A DNA stretch of 30,694 bases, taken from contig JBBQRY010000001.1 in NCBI GenBank assembly GCA_038214335.1, positions 1-30,694 of the forward strand. Reading direction: 5' to 3'. Position 1 is the stretch's first letter. Every line of letters begins with the position of its first letter. The notes under the pieces are model-generated. The model saw only the letters and a program-made list of their open reading frames with translations, had not been told where the DNA came from and did not search any database. A program made the translations under genes and the position numbers. Of this stretch, positions 10,401 to 17,669 are shown one piece after another. This stretch comes from Chthoniobacterales bacterium. Lineage in GTDB: Bacteria; Verrucomicrobiota; Verrucomicrobiia; Chthoniobacterales; Terrimicrobiaceae.

Positions 10401-11415
10401 CTTGAGTTGAGATATTCCCCGTGGGTTGAGTTCCTGTGCCCACATACGTGCCAGCGAGGTGGACGGTCGCATTTTTTGTCGTCAGGTCGGTCAAATAAGC
10501 CGTGAAATCGTGGTAAACACCATCGGCGCTGAATTGCGGGCTGATGACTCTTGCAAATTCCGAATTTGGCAGAGTGGGCGATGCGCCGCCCGGAATGATC
10601 GCTGCGGGGTTGGCGTCGGGATTCGGAATCGTGGGGTTCGGGGGGGTCGCGGGAGCGACCGTGTTGGTCCCCGACTGGGCATAAGCGGCGTTGACGAGAA
10701 GCTGCGTGTTCGCCGAGATCTGGGTGTGATTCTGAACATTGGTGTTCACCGTTCCATTGGCGATATGCTGGGCAGTCATGGAGAGCGAAATGGCTGTGAA
10801 GTCGATGTAGGACAAGTCGGTATAAACTGCGGTGCCGGTGCCCTGCGGAACAATCGTCTGCTCAAAATACTGGTAGCGGGTGGAGTAGTTGGGGTCGGCA
10901 GGGGTCTGGGCGGCAGGCGTATAGCCGGGCTCCATGCCCTGAAGGCCGTAAGGTCCGAAATTTACGAAGATTCTGCCTCCGCTGAATTCGCTCACATTCA
11001 CCCGCGAGATTCCGTCTGCACCCGTGAGTTGATCGAGGGAGTAGGCCGTATTGGCCATCAATTGCTGGTTGTCGCCAAAAACATTGCTGTATGTCCCGGT
11101 GACCGTCGATGTCGCGTTAAGGAACTGAATAAAGATCTGGCTCGAACTTATCCCGGTATCATTCTTGAAGACGTAGGGAACCGCATCTGCGGCTTCCGCT
11201 GTTGCCGGTGAACCACCCCAGGCAGCCAAGATGAAAAGCGCACAGGCCATGCCGGAAAGCGGCTTCGCGATGGATCGAAACACGCCATCCGATGGCGAAA
11301 CGGTCGATGCGCCGGGTGAAATCCGTATGGATTTTGCTCCCGCAAAGAATTTCGCAGCAAAATGTTGATGCTTTGTTCCAAAAGTGAAATCGCATTTATC
11401 TCGGAGATTTTTCAT
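4366..11415 (-). CDS. 2349-aa secreted protein: GH64-like beta-1,3-glucanase domain + autotransporter-associated passenger (beta-strand) repeats + PEP-CTERM sorting signal
   Basis: Signal-like segment ending ATAEA. Many L.K.G.GTL.L.G.NTY/F.G.T.I..GTL repeats. C-terminal VPEPSTWGLLASSLMVLGLIRWRTR. No beta-barrel. Confidence 0.9.
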   Translation of the reverse strand: MKNLRDKCDFTFGTKHQHFAAKFFAGAKSIRISPGASTVSPSDGVFRSIAKPLSGMACALFILAAWGGSPATAEAADAVPYVFKNDTGISSSQIFIQFLNATSTVTGTYSNVFGDNQQLMANTAYSLDQLTGADGISRVNVSEFSGGRIFVNFGPYGLQGMEPGYTPAAQTPADPNYSTRYQYFEQTIVPQGTGTAVYTDLSYIDFTAISLSMTAQHIANGTVNTNVQNHTQISANTQLLVNAAYAQSGTNTVAPATPPNPTIPNPDANPAAIIPGGASPTLPNSEFARVISPQFSADGVYHDFTAYLTDLTTKNATVHLAGTYVGTGTQPTGNISTQGQTYDFTGTFSGDLATGGITLTAGPLSGNADVAWLGSSTASGVGSTATIYIPYASLNSQDGIYGNNGDYTITSPGYSHDQVGISNDVWGQVVGDLYAGLSFGYVGSTTLFNGTAIGELASAQWWASGASNVNGTTIANGTPEGEQILFVNTPAGQQIYFSDVQSNPLFYNGYAASLTGGKNPLTTGYGFPLQDRLGNNLLYYNTADPLTANTQVLLTINPDGTAALPTAIWNGSATDGQWGTAGNWIGNAVPAGNASVQFVGDHTQTVTVDTGSDRSVAGIAFNYAAGTFTIANNTITLTGDIVNSSSKTQTINTNLTLGSNSTVTAAFGDLMFGGAIALKNSATPNSLTFSGTQNSTVSGIIADGNNTGAGGSLMKKGSGTLTLNGNNTFTGGLEHQAGTLVLGSDQVAGTGTLALGKAGALDAILQASGGNRTLANTLVIAGNTTFSGTNGFMFSGPVTLTGSNIPQGSGTVMFKDFTLTNSVDVGFSGAIGESIAVSSFTKAGTGTMTFSGNSANTYTGLTTVNDGVLALGKTSGAAYGGNLVIGDNTGLANSAVVRLLADNQIPGTSITIGTDGQLDLQTFNASSGNLTMSGGSITGDGTLSIASGSTILFTGTGNSAATISSGLALTTSATFDIGNNAAAKEMSVSGPVSGDLTLTKVGSGTLALLGNNTNTGTVAVNGGVLESASMNATVSINGGALSPGGSGTIDTISVSQLIASSGTSTGSFLMDLGAANTSDKIQVGSIVDLGNSTTFLFKGAGFTAGPGSFTLISGVQWNAPLNPSSPPFTFASIDIAGLTGTFSVSGGNLTFTAQAGVTGTWNGSGGDGNWTTAGNWQGGNVPATGADLTFAGSSQTNIATGGNQTTGAINFAAGASAFTISGNTIVLGGNLANNSSNTQTINSAIALNSDRTLSANTGSLAVGGGIALSNNGALPGTLTFSGSENTSVTGVIADGPAFGGSLLKTGAGTLALTGNNTFNGTLTINDGVVSANSGDALGSGAGPVGPGNQGPNSLIFGGGTLQASGDIASSQYRYLIMDSTGIIDTNGNNVTINGVIVGPGGLTKNGAGNLTLKQATTVANTYLGETTINEGTLFMDSVSVLGGTTSGTTVMNNGSLAINATGNFTVTGESLTLSGTGVAGSGALLLASNIATWDGTVTLAGDASIQGAAATNLTLSKAVSVGTHTLTIGSANALATTSLTGDLTGSGGLVKTGLGTLNLSGNGSSYTGATTIQGGILNALGTNSLGSASALTVASGGTLQLGIQSKAAQAVPFASISLDGTGVVVSAKNQGAINNNASNALTIAGDVTLAGNSLINSSTGQLILSGAVDLGSNTLTSSSSSAPIVLSGNITGTGGIATTASGGLQLSGNNTYSGDTSIGSSTFLTVASNTALGSGNTTVSANGGLQFQGDINIATGNLSVGGVGYNAGGALQNVSGNNTYGGGITLTSQTTLASNSATLSLTGALAGAGNNLIIQGPGTIYAAGAVTDVAQVNISSGTFASGSMAATLVNLGPLTGGSATPTYSPGNANNIETVNVSNLITSGNATLLMDLGAATASDRIITANAPSLGTGISFYFNDKGFSISGNYTLVTSSGGGIGGGVPADQLTFKSNISGLSGTFSYPTAQNLMFLASSSAAVWNNVAGNGQWGDNSNWAVGTTAAGGSAVSFTSSNAASVDTQTDRLAGDITFQSGSEALILSNNTITTYGTIRNESALTQTIASGLALSGDASVDAASANLVISGPVSFGTATTRTLTFTGDHATTVSGVISAEGTTTGALVKTGAGTLTLTGANTFVGTTTISSGTLVLDGSLASGNSVMVSAGGTLAGSGTADGLVTVAGTLSPGNSPGTLSTGSQVWQGGGGFNWQLNDATAAAGTGYDTISLTGSLDLASLTTGGFSINLWSLSAVGPDSNGDALNFDDANSYSWTLVATTGGITGFSAGNFAIHVAANNGTAGFSNPYSGTFSMSVGGNDLLLNYSAVPEPSTWGLLASSLMVLGLIRWRTRHASTVS
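9740..11184 (-). other. GH64-like (laminaripentaose-producing beta-1,3-glucanase) domain
   Basis: Motifs in GH64 order: FSGGRIFVNFG; PAAQTPADPNY..YQYFEQT (Glu185); YTDLSYIDF (Asp205); RVISP; NDVWGQVVGDLYAG; YNGYA...YGFPLQD; LLTINPD. Confidence 0.72.
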
Positions 11416-11602
11416 GATGTGAATGGATCGGTTCAGTTCTCTTTACAGCGGCACAAAGTGGCACCTTTATTCGCGGGTTTTGACCTAGGTCAAATTAATT
11501 TTCCCACAATAAAGGCAACGGCGCAACAAGAGATGGATACCATTCTGTCTGTCCAAAGGTCGGCAAGCATGCGGATGCAACGGTTCTGGATACGAGTCGG
11601 GA

Positions 11603-11908
11603 TCAATCGGGTGGGGTTTCGCCGCGTGCTGCGAACCACTGGCGCAGAAAGAGCAAATCGACAGCGTCCTTTTCACGATGCGTCACTCGTTTCATTCGCC
11701 AAAGGAGTCGCGGCGAGGCGAAGGGAATATCGACCTCCGCGACACGGCGTATCACAATGTCCTTCGCTGCCTCGGCGTAGTCAATACCGCCGATGACAAC
11801 GTATTCGGCACCGAGGCTGTTGAGTTCGCGGCACAGCGCGACCAGATCCTCAACCGACGGCTCACGAGGTTCTAATCCGTCTTCCGGGTAATCATCTTCC
11901 AAAGCCAC
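11603..11908 (-). pseudogene. Nucleotidyltransferase-family gene with in-frame internal deletion
   Basis: N-part EPSVEDLVALCRELNSLGAEYVVIGG is joined directly to C-part IDYAEAAKD...IPFASPRLLWRMK..THREKDAVDLLFL. The segment carrying the DxD metal motif is absent. Confidence 0.72.
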
Positions 11909-12156
11909 TCGTCAGCCTCCTCATGACTGTTGAATCGAAAGACCCCCTTGGGAATTCGCACTCCATGTCCCAGAGCTTTCTGCCACTCTTTCGCGCCGGC
12001 CTTGCTGCTGGAAGAAATGTCGAGTCCCCTGCCGGATGTTTCCATAATTCTGTTGGAAGCCTCGTCAAGGCGCATTCCGTAACGCAAGCCCTCTTGGATC
12101 CTGCGACGCCCCACGGTTCTGCCGATGGTTTCCTCCATGTTGACGGGTATTTCCAT
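11872..12156 (-). CDS. Small hypothetical protein, putative partner (antitoxin-like) of the nucleotidyltransferase
   Basis: 94 aa, ending IPKGVFRFNSHEEADEW. Its 3' end overlaps the nucleotidyltransferase start by 37 nt. Confidence 0.62.
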   Translation of the reverse strand: MEIPVNMEETIGRTVGRRRIQEGLRYGMRLDEASNRIMETSGRGLDISSSSKAGAKEWQKALGHGVRIPKGVFRFNSHEEADEWLWKMITRKTD

Positions 12157-12593
12157 GCCGGAAGAGTATCACCTTGCTGCAGGAAACTCAATTCGTTTCG
12201 GACTTACGCTGCGAATCGGAACTTCTCACCGGTGCCATGAGCCCGAGCGTCCGCGCGATCCCTGCCATGAGCCGGAACCCTCGCCCCAGTTGGCCGATCC
12301 GCCGCGCCAGCCTTCAGCATTGCCACTTCCGTGGTTCCAGTTGGCGGGGAACTCGGGGTACCAGTGTGCAATTTCTCACTCATCCGCTCCTGTGCCTGTC
12401 GGTTCATCTTCAGGCATGGATATTCTTCAATCTTGATAGTTAATCACCTCCGCACGGGTGTTGATGGACAACGTATCAACGCCCGAGTGGCGTTTCCATT
12501 CCTCCAGTGTTCTGCGCACCACGGAGAGAAATGTTCTTCCCAACGGGTTTTCCTTGATGGACAGGGGGACGTGTCTGCTAGAGTCATTGCCTT

Positions 12594-14291
12594 ATGAGTT
12601 CTAAGTCTTCCGGGCGCCTGCGTCCGCATTCCTCTCTTGTTCTGGATGGTCTGAGCCGCGCGGCAAGCCGTGCGATGCTGTATCCGGTTGGGTATAAAGA
12701 AAGCGATTTTGCGAAGCCCCAAATTGGCGTGGCTTCGACGTGGAGCATGGTCACGCCCTGCAACATGCACATCGACCAACTGGCGCGGGAATCCGCGCTG
12801 GGGATAGATGCCGCAGGTGGCAAGGCCACGATCTTCAACACGATCACGATTTCGGATGGCATTTCGATGGGCACCGAGGGGATGAAATATTCTTTGGTTT
12901 CGCGCGAGGTTATTGCGGATTCCATCGAAACCGTGGTGGGGTGTCAGGGATTTGACGGGTTTGTGGCGATTGGCGGATGTGACAAAAACATGCCGGGCTG
13001 CATGATGGCGATTGCGCGGATGAACCGGGCGGCGGTTTTTGTTTACGGCGGAACGATCCTGCCGGGATGTCTTGCTGGGAAAAATCTGGATATCGTCTCG
13101 GTTTTCGAAGCAGTTGGCCAACGGGCGGCAGACAAAATTTCTGACAAGGATCTCCACGATGTCGAGGCCTGCGCGATCCCGGGTGCGGGGTCTTGCGGTG
13201 GTATGTATACGGCGAATACGATGGCTTCGGCGATTGAGGCGCTCGGATTCAGCCTTCCGAACAGTTCGGCTCAGGCGGCCATTTCTGCGCACAAATCGAA
13301 GGACTGCCGGGATGCTGGAGCAGCGGTCATCGCGATGCTCAAGAAAGGGATTGTTCCTTCGGATATCTTTTCCAAAGAGGCTTTTGAGAATGCGATCACG
13401 GTGGCGATTGCGCTGGGCGGATCGACGAACTCGGTACTGCACCTGCTGGCGATGGCGCACTCGGCGAACGTGAAGCTGACGATTGATGACTTCACTCGCA
13501 TCGGCAAGCGCGTGCCCGTGCTGGCGGATCTCAAACCCAGCGGACGGTATCTGATGTCCGAGCTGGTGGAGATTGGCGGCATTGTTCCGATGATGAAAGA
13601 TCTGCTCGGCGCCGGCCTGCTCCACGGCGGTTGCCTCACGGTCACGGGCAAGACGCTCAAGCAAAATCTCGCGGCCTTCAAACCCTATCCGAAGGGTCAA
13701 AAAATTATTGCCCCGCTGAGCGCTCCGCTCAAAAAAGAGAGCCACCTCGTCATCCTTCGCGGCAACATCGCCCCGGATGGGGCCGTCGCAAAAATCTCTG
13801 GCAAAGAAGGTGAGAAATTTTCCGGCACGGCGCGCGTTTTTGAATCCGAGGAGAAAGCACTCGATGCGATCCTTGCAGGCAAAATCCGCAAAGGCGACGT
13901 GATCGTCATTCGCTACGAGGGGCCGCGCGGCGGACCCGGGATGCGCGAAATGCTGTCGCCGACCAGTGCCGTGATGGGCTGCGGGCTTGGCAAAGATGTT
14001 GCGCTGATCACCGACGGACGTTTCTCTGGTGGCACCCATGGGTTCGTGGTCGGCCACATCACGCCCGAGGCGTTTGAGGGAGGTCCGCTGGCGATCATTC
14101 GCAGTGGCGACCCGATCACGATCGACGCGACCACCCGCCAACTCACGCTGGGCGTTCCCGCGAAGGAAATTGCCGCACGCCTCACCAAATGGAAAAAGCC
14201 GAAACCGCGCTACCGCCGCGGCGTGCTGGCCAAATATGCCGCGCATGTCTCGACCGCCAGCCAAGGCGCAGTGACGGACGCCGGATTCTAA
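12594..14291 (+). CDS. ilvD: Dihydroxy-acid dehydratase
   Basis: [41 protein letters not shown]; 565 aa. Confidence 0.97.
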   Translation: MSSKSSGRLRPHSSLVLDGLSRAASRAMLYPVGYKESDFAKPQIGVASTWSMVTPCNMHIDQLARESALGIDAAGGKATIFNTITISDGISMGTEGMKYSLVSREVIADSIETVVGCQGFDGFVAIGGCDKNMPGCMMAIARMNRAAVFVYGGTILPGCLAGKNLDIVSVFEAVGQRAADKISDKDLHDVEACAIPGAGSCGGMYTANTMASAIEALGFSLPNSSAQAAISAHKSKDCRDAGAAVIAMLKKGIVPSDIFSKEAFENAITVAIALGGSTNSVLHLLAMAHSANVKLTIDDFTRIGKRVPVLADLKPSGRYLMSELVEIGGIVPMMKDLLGAGLLHGGCLTVTGKTLKQNLAAFKPYPKGQKIIAPLSAPLKKESHLVILRGNIAPDGAVAKISGKEGEKFSGTARVFESEEKALDAILAGKIRKGDVIVIRYEGPRGGPGMREMLSPTSAVMGCGLGKDVALITDGRFSGGTHGFVVGHITPEAFEGGPLAIIRSGDPITIDATTRQLTLGVPAKEIAARLTKWKKPKPRYRRGVLAKYAAHVSTASQGAVTDAGF

Positions 14292-14294
14292 CCT

Positions 14295-17200
14295 ATGAAC
14301 GAGCGCACCGCCAACCCGATGCAGGCCGCGGTGTTTCTCCGCGACCACCACTCTCCCGCGAAGCACCACACCCAGGTCTCGATCAGCTTTGGCGAGCGCA
14401 CCGACCCTGCCGTGCTCCGTCAAGCATGGGAGGCGGTCTGTGATACCCATGTCATCCTCCGATCCACATTTTCCCGCTCGACCATCGGAGATGTCACAGT
14501 CTCCGAAGCCCCGGAGACCAAAACCACATGGGGGCAGGTCGATTGGACGGCCATCGATTCGGAAGTCCTGTCCGAGAAATGGGAGGAATTCCAAAATGCC
14601 GACCTGACCCTCCCGATGGATGGGTCATCGCGGATCACAGAAATCCTCCTGCCAGGCGGTGGCTCGCACTACCTGCTCACGCTCGCATCTTATCTGCTCG
14701 ATGAGGCTTCGATTGGACGCGTTTTGTTGGATTGGCTGGTCGCGCTCGAACGCGCCCCCGCGCAGCCCGCCGAGCAACCAGCCCCGCTCACGACCACTGC
14801 GGCATGGAGCGAAATTCTCAAATCTGCCGAAGCGCCGCTGGCTGTGCATGCCCGTCCGATTGAGGACCAGTCTGTCGCGACGGCCTCTCTCACACTCGGA
14901 CGCGAGCAATCCGCCGCGTTCCTCGACGCCTGCAAGGAGAAATCCCTCGACCCGCGCGCCGTCGTTCACAGCCTCTGGGCACTCATGCTCCGCCGCCTTG
15001 GAGCCACCGGAAATGTGACGCTCGGACAATTCAATGCCCGCCGGAGTTCGGACGCTATCGGATATTTCGAGAACTGGCTGCCAGTCTGTCATGAATGGGC
15101 CTCAAAGGATTGGATGCGCGATCTTCAGCGTGCGTATGGAGCGATTTCCGAAAACGCATGGATTTCGACATCCTCCGCCGTCACCGCTGCTCCCAAGCAA
15201 CTGGTGGGCGATCCGCTCTGCGTTGCGTTCTCATGGAGGGGTCCCGAAGCCCGCGAAGTCATCCAAAGCACGTTCCCGCGATGGATCAATTTCGATGCCC
15301 GCATCCGCCTCCCGCGTCCGGATTACCAATTGCTCGAGGTGCGCGCCGCCTCCCAGATTTCCCTCACCCTGCACGGCCTGCCGGGGAACGATGCCTTTGC
15401 CAACGATTTGCTCAAGCGGATCACGAGTCTCATGGAGGCACTCGATTCGATGGACAACAAACCGGCAGCCCAGGTTCCACTTCTGCTGCCGGACGAGATC
15501 CGCACGCTGAAAGAATGGTCGCGCGGTCCTGAAGGCGTGGAGCGTCCTGCCAATACGCTGGCCGCATTCCGCAAAGTCCTGGAAAAATCTCCAGACGCCA
15601 TTGCGGTGCGTGATGGGGATTACGAACTCACGTATGCCGAGCTCGACTCGCTTTCGGATCGCCTCGCGGCGCACTTTGCGCAGGCATCACTCGTCGGCGG
15701 ATGGCATGTTGCCCTCTTCCTTTCGCCTTCCTCGTGGATCGCGATTGCCCTGCTCGCCGCATGGAAAGCCGGGGATATCTGCCTGGCCCTTGATCCCGGA
15801 GCACCCCCGGAATGGATCGAGTCCATGCTCACCTCGCAGGATGTGGGGGTTGTCCTCTGCGATGCCGCCAGCGCCCCGCTTCTCGATGCCTCCTCGCGCC
15901 GGCGCATTGTTCTCGACCAAGAATGGGACGGGCTCGAAACCGCCGACCTGCCCAAAGCCGATCTCAAACCCGAGTCGCCTGCCGCGATCCTGCCCGGCCA
16001 CTCGGATGGTCCGCCGCCGCAGATCCGTGCTCTCACTCAGGAAATGCTCGTTGCCGCGGCGCTCGAGGGCGCACGTGTGCTGGATTTCGGTGCCGGCGAT
16101 TCGTTTCTTGCGCATTCCGCCCCCGGAGGCGGTGCCTTTTTTGACGAATGGCTCCTGCCGCTTCTTGCGGGCGGCACCGTTCAGATCGCCGAAGACGATC
16201 TGCTGGATCCCGTATCCGGCAACACAACTCACCTTCGCCTCACCGCTCCAGAATGGAACAACCAAGCCGCCCGCTGGGCCCGCGCTGGAGAGCAGATTGC
16301 GTCCGCTCCACGCGTTGTCGCTGTCGAATCCGGCTCCAACTCGACAAGTGCCCTCGAAGCATGGGACCACGGCACCGATAGCCAATCCCGCATCATCACG
16401 TTTTTCAGTCCCGCAGGGGTTTGCGGTTTGGGACTCGCCGCTCCCGCCTCGCCCGAGGGGGCATTTCTCATGATCGGACGTCCCACACCCGAGGTCGAAG
16501 CCTTCATCTGCGATGGCGACTCTCAGAATGTGCCGCCCGGATTCACCGGCGAGCTTTGGATCAAATTTCCCGGCTGGAAAAAATCCACCGAACTCCGCGG
16601 ACGCCGCGGCATTCGCACCGGACTCCGTGCATGGAGGAACCGGCAGGGCCTGATCCAGGTCGAAGGTCCGCTGAACCGTTTCACCGATCCCTCCCCCGCT
16701 GCCACCCGCCTGCGCACACTTCCCGAAGTCGTGGATTGTCTGCTCGGGGAACAGGCATGGACGTTGGAAAGCGGACAAGCTGATGGCAAATGGGCCGTGA
16801 CAGAATGGCCGCTGGATCGCGGTGGTTGGATCGACGTGCCCTCGCTTCCGCGTCCCGAACTCGCCGTGCCCACGTCACAACCTGCCCGTGCCGTAGCCGC
16901 TGTGACCGCCGTGCCAGCACCTAAGCCCACCACCCCATGGTCACCAGTCTCCGTGCTCCAGCAGAATGGGTCCACTCCCCCGCTGGTTCTTGTCCCCACA
17001 ACATCCGGCGTGCCCGAAGTCTATCAGGATTTCGTATCCGACCTCGGTGACTCGCGCCGCATCCTAGGTCTCACCGCCCGCGGAGCCCACGACCCCGATG
17101 CCTCCCACACCACCATCGAAAATGCCGCTGCCGCATGGATTGAGGCCCTCACCGAAGAAGACCCTACCATCGCATTTGACCTTTGCGGATTCGGATTCGG

Positions 17201-17609
17201 AGGCATCGCCGCCCTCGAAATGGCCCGCCAATTGGGCGCTGCCAAACGTCGCGTGCCAGGCCTCATCCTCATTGGGTCGCTTCCACCGGAGTCTGAACAA
17301 CCTGCCGGCTGGCTGGCCTCCATGAAAAAATCCGTCTTTAAGCGTCTTGCCGCCGAAGAGCGCGTCGAGCCATGGCCCGCTGCTGGCGAACCCGCCCGCT
17401 CGCACGAAGCCGCATGGAAACGCTACCGACTCACTCCCTGCAACATTCCTGCCCGGATTATTGTCCCGTCAGATTTTCCGCCCGACGCCGCTGCGAACTG
17501 GCTCAGCCTCCTCCCGTCTGCCCGCATCGAACCCGTCAAATGCACCTGGTCCGAAATGCTCTCCTTCCCCGCCGTCAAACGCCTCGCCTCCATCCTCGCT
17601 TCGTCGTAA
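14295..17609 (+). CDS. NRPS-like C-A-TE protein lacking a carrier domain and with degenerate catalytic motifs
   Basis: C-fold (LRQAWEAVCDTHVILRSTF; IGYFENWLPV), A-fold (LTYAEL; WKAGDICLALDP; TGELWI), TE-fold (TIENAAAAWIEAL; LCGFGFGGIAALEMARQL). Intact 1104-aa ORF starting 3 bp after the ilvD stop. Confidence 0.85.
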   Translation: MNERTANPMQAAVFLRDHHSPAKHHTQVSISFGERTDPAVLRQAWEAVCDTHVILRSTFSRSTIGDVTVSEAPETKTTWGQVDWTAIDSEVLSEKWEEFQNADLTLPMDGSSRITEILLPGGGSHYLLTLASYLLDEASIGRVLLDWLVALERAPAQPAEQPAPLTTTAAWSEILKSAEAPLAVHARPIEDQSVATASLTLGREQSAAFLDACKEKSLDPRAVVHSLWALMLRRLGATGNVTLGQFNARRSSDAIGYFENWLPVCHEWASKDWMRDLQRAYGAISENAWISTSSAVTAAPKQLVGDPLCVAFSWRGPEAREVIQSTFPRWINFDARIRLPRPDYQLLEVRAASQISLTLHGLPGNDAFANDLLKRITSLMEALDSMDNKPAAQVPLLLPDEIRTLKEWSRGPEGVERPANTLAAFRKVLEKSPDAIAVRDGDYELTYAELDSLSDRLAAHFAQASLVGGWHVALFLSPSSWIAIALLAAWKAGDICLALDPGAPPEWIESMLTSQDVGVVLCDAASAPLLDASSRRRIVLDQEWDGLETADLPKADLKPESPAAILPGHSDGPPPQIRALTQEMLVAAALEGARVLDFGAGDSFLAHSAPGGGAFFDEWLLPLLAGGTVQIAEDDLLDPVSGNTTHLRLTAPEWNNQAARWARAGEQIASAPRVVAVESGSNSTSALEAWDHGTDSQSRIITFFSPAGVCGLGLAAPASPEGAFLMIGRPTPEVEAFICDGDSQNVPPGFTGELWIKFPGWKKSTELRGRRGIRTGLRAWRNRQGLIQVEGPLNRFTDPSPAATRLRTLPEVVDCLLGEQAWTLESGQADGKWAVTEWPLDRGGWIDVPSLPRPELAVPTSQPARAVAAVTAVPAPKPTTPWSPVSVLQQNGSTPPLVLVPTTSGVPEVYQDFVSDLGDSRRILGLTARGAHDPDASHTTIENAAAAWIEALTEEDPTIAFDLCGFGFGGIAALEMARQLGAAKRRVPGLILIGSLPPESEQPAGWLASMKKSVFKRLAAEERVEPWPAAGEPARSHEAAWKRYRLTPCNIPARIIVPSDFPPDAAANWLSLLPSARIEPVKCTWSEMLSFPAVKRLASILASS

Positions 17610-17669
17610 AAACCGGTTTGTAGCCACTCCCCCACCACTCACCCCAAGAGGACTTTTTCGACTGGGCGG

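Noticed and set aside
4561-11211. Many 100-270-aa plus-strand ORFs
   Set aside because: Antisense shadows of the low-complexity passenger repeats.
11457-11475. Sigma-54-like TGGCAC...TTCGC upstream of the PEP-CTERM gene
   Set aside because: The GG-GC spacing is one base off consensus and it lies on the strand pointing away from the gene.
12376-12378. Selenocysteine recoding of the in-frame TGA
   Set aside because: No Cys-like redox context and no recognisable SECIS hairpin. A Trp nonsense change is simpler.
12444-14594. 716-aa minus-strand ORF
   Set aside because: Antisense shadow of ilvD, as expected from GC-rich codon bias; no motifs.
14295-17609. Calling this a functional NRPS biosynthetic cluster
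   Set aside because: No carrier domain, no intact catalytic motifs and no accessory biosynthetic genes.
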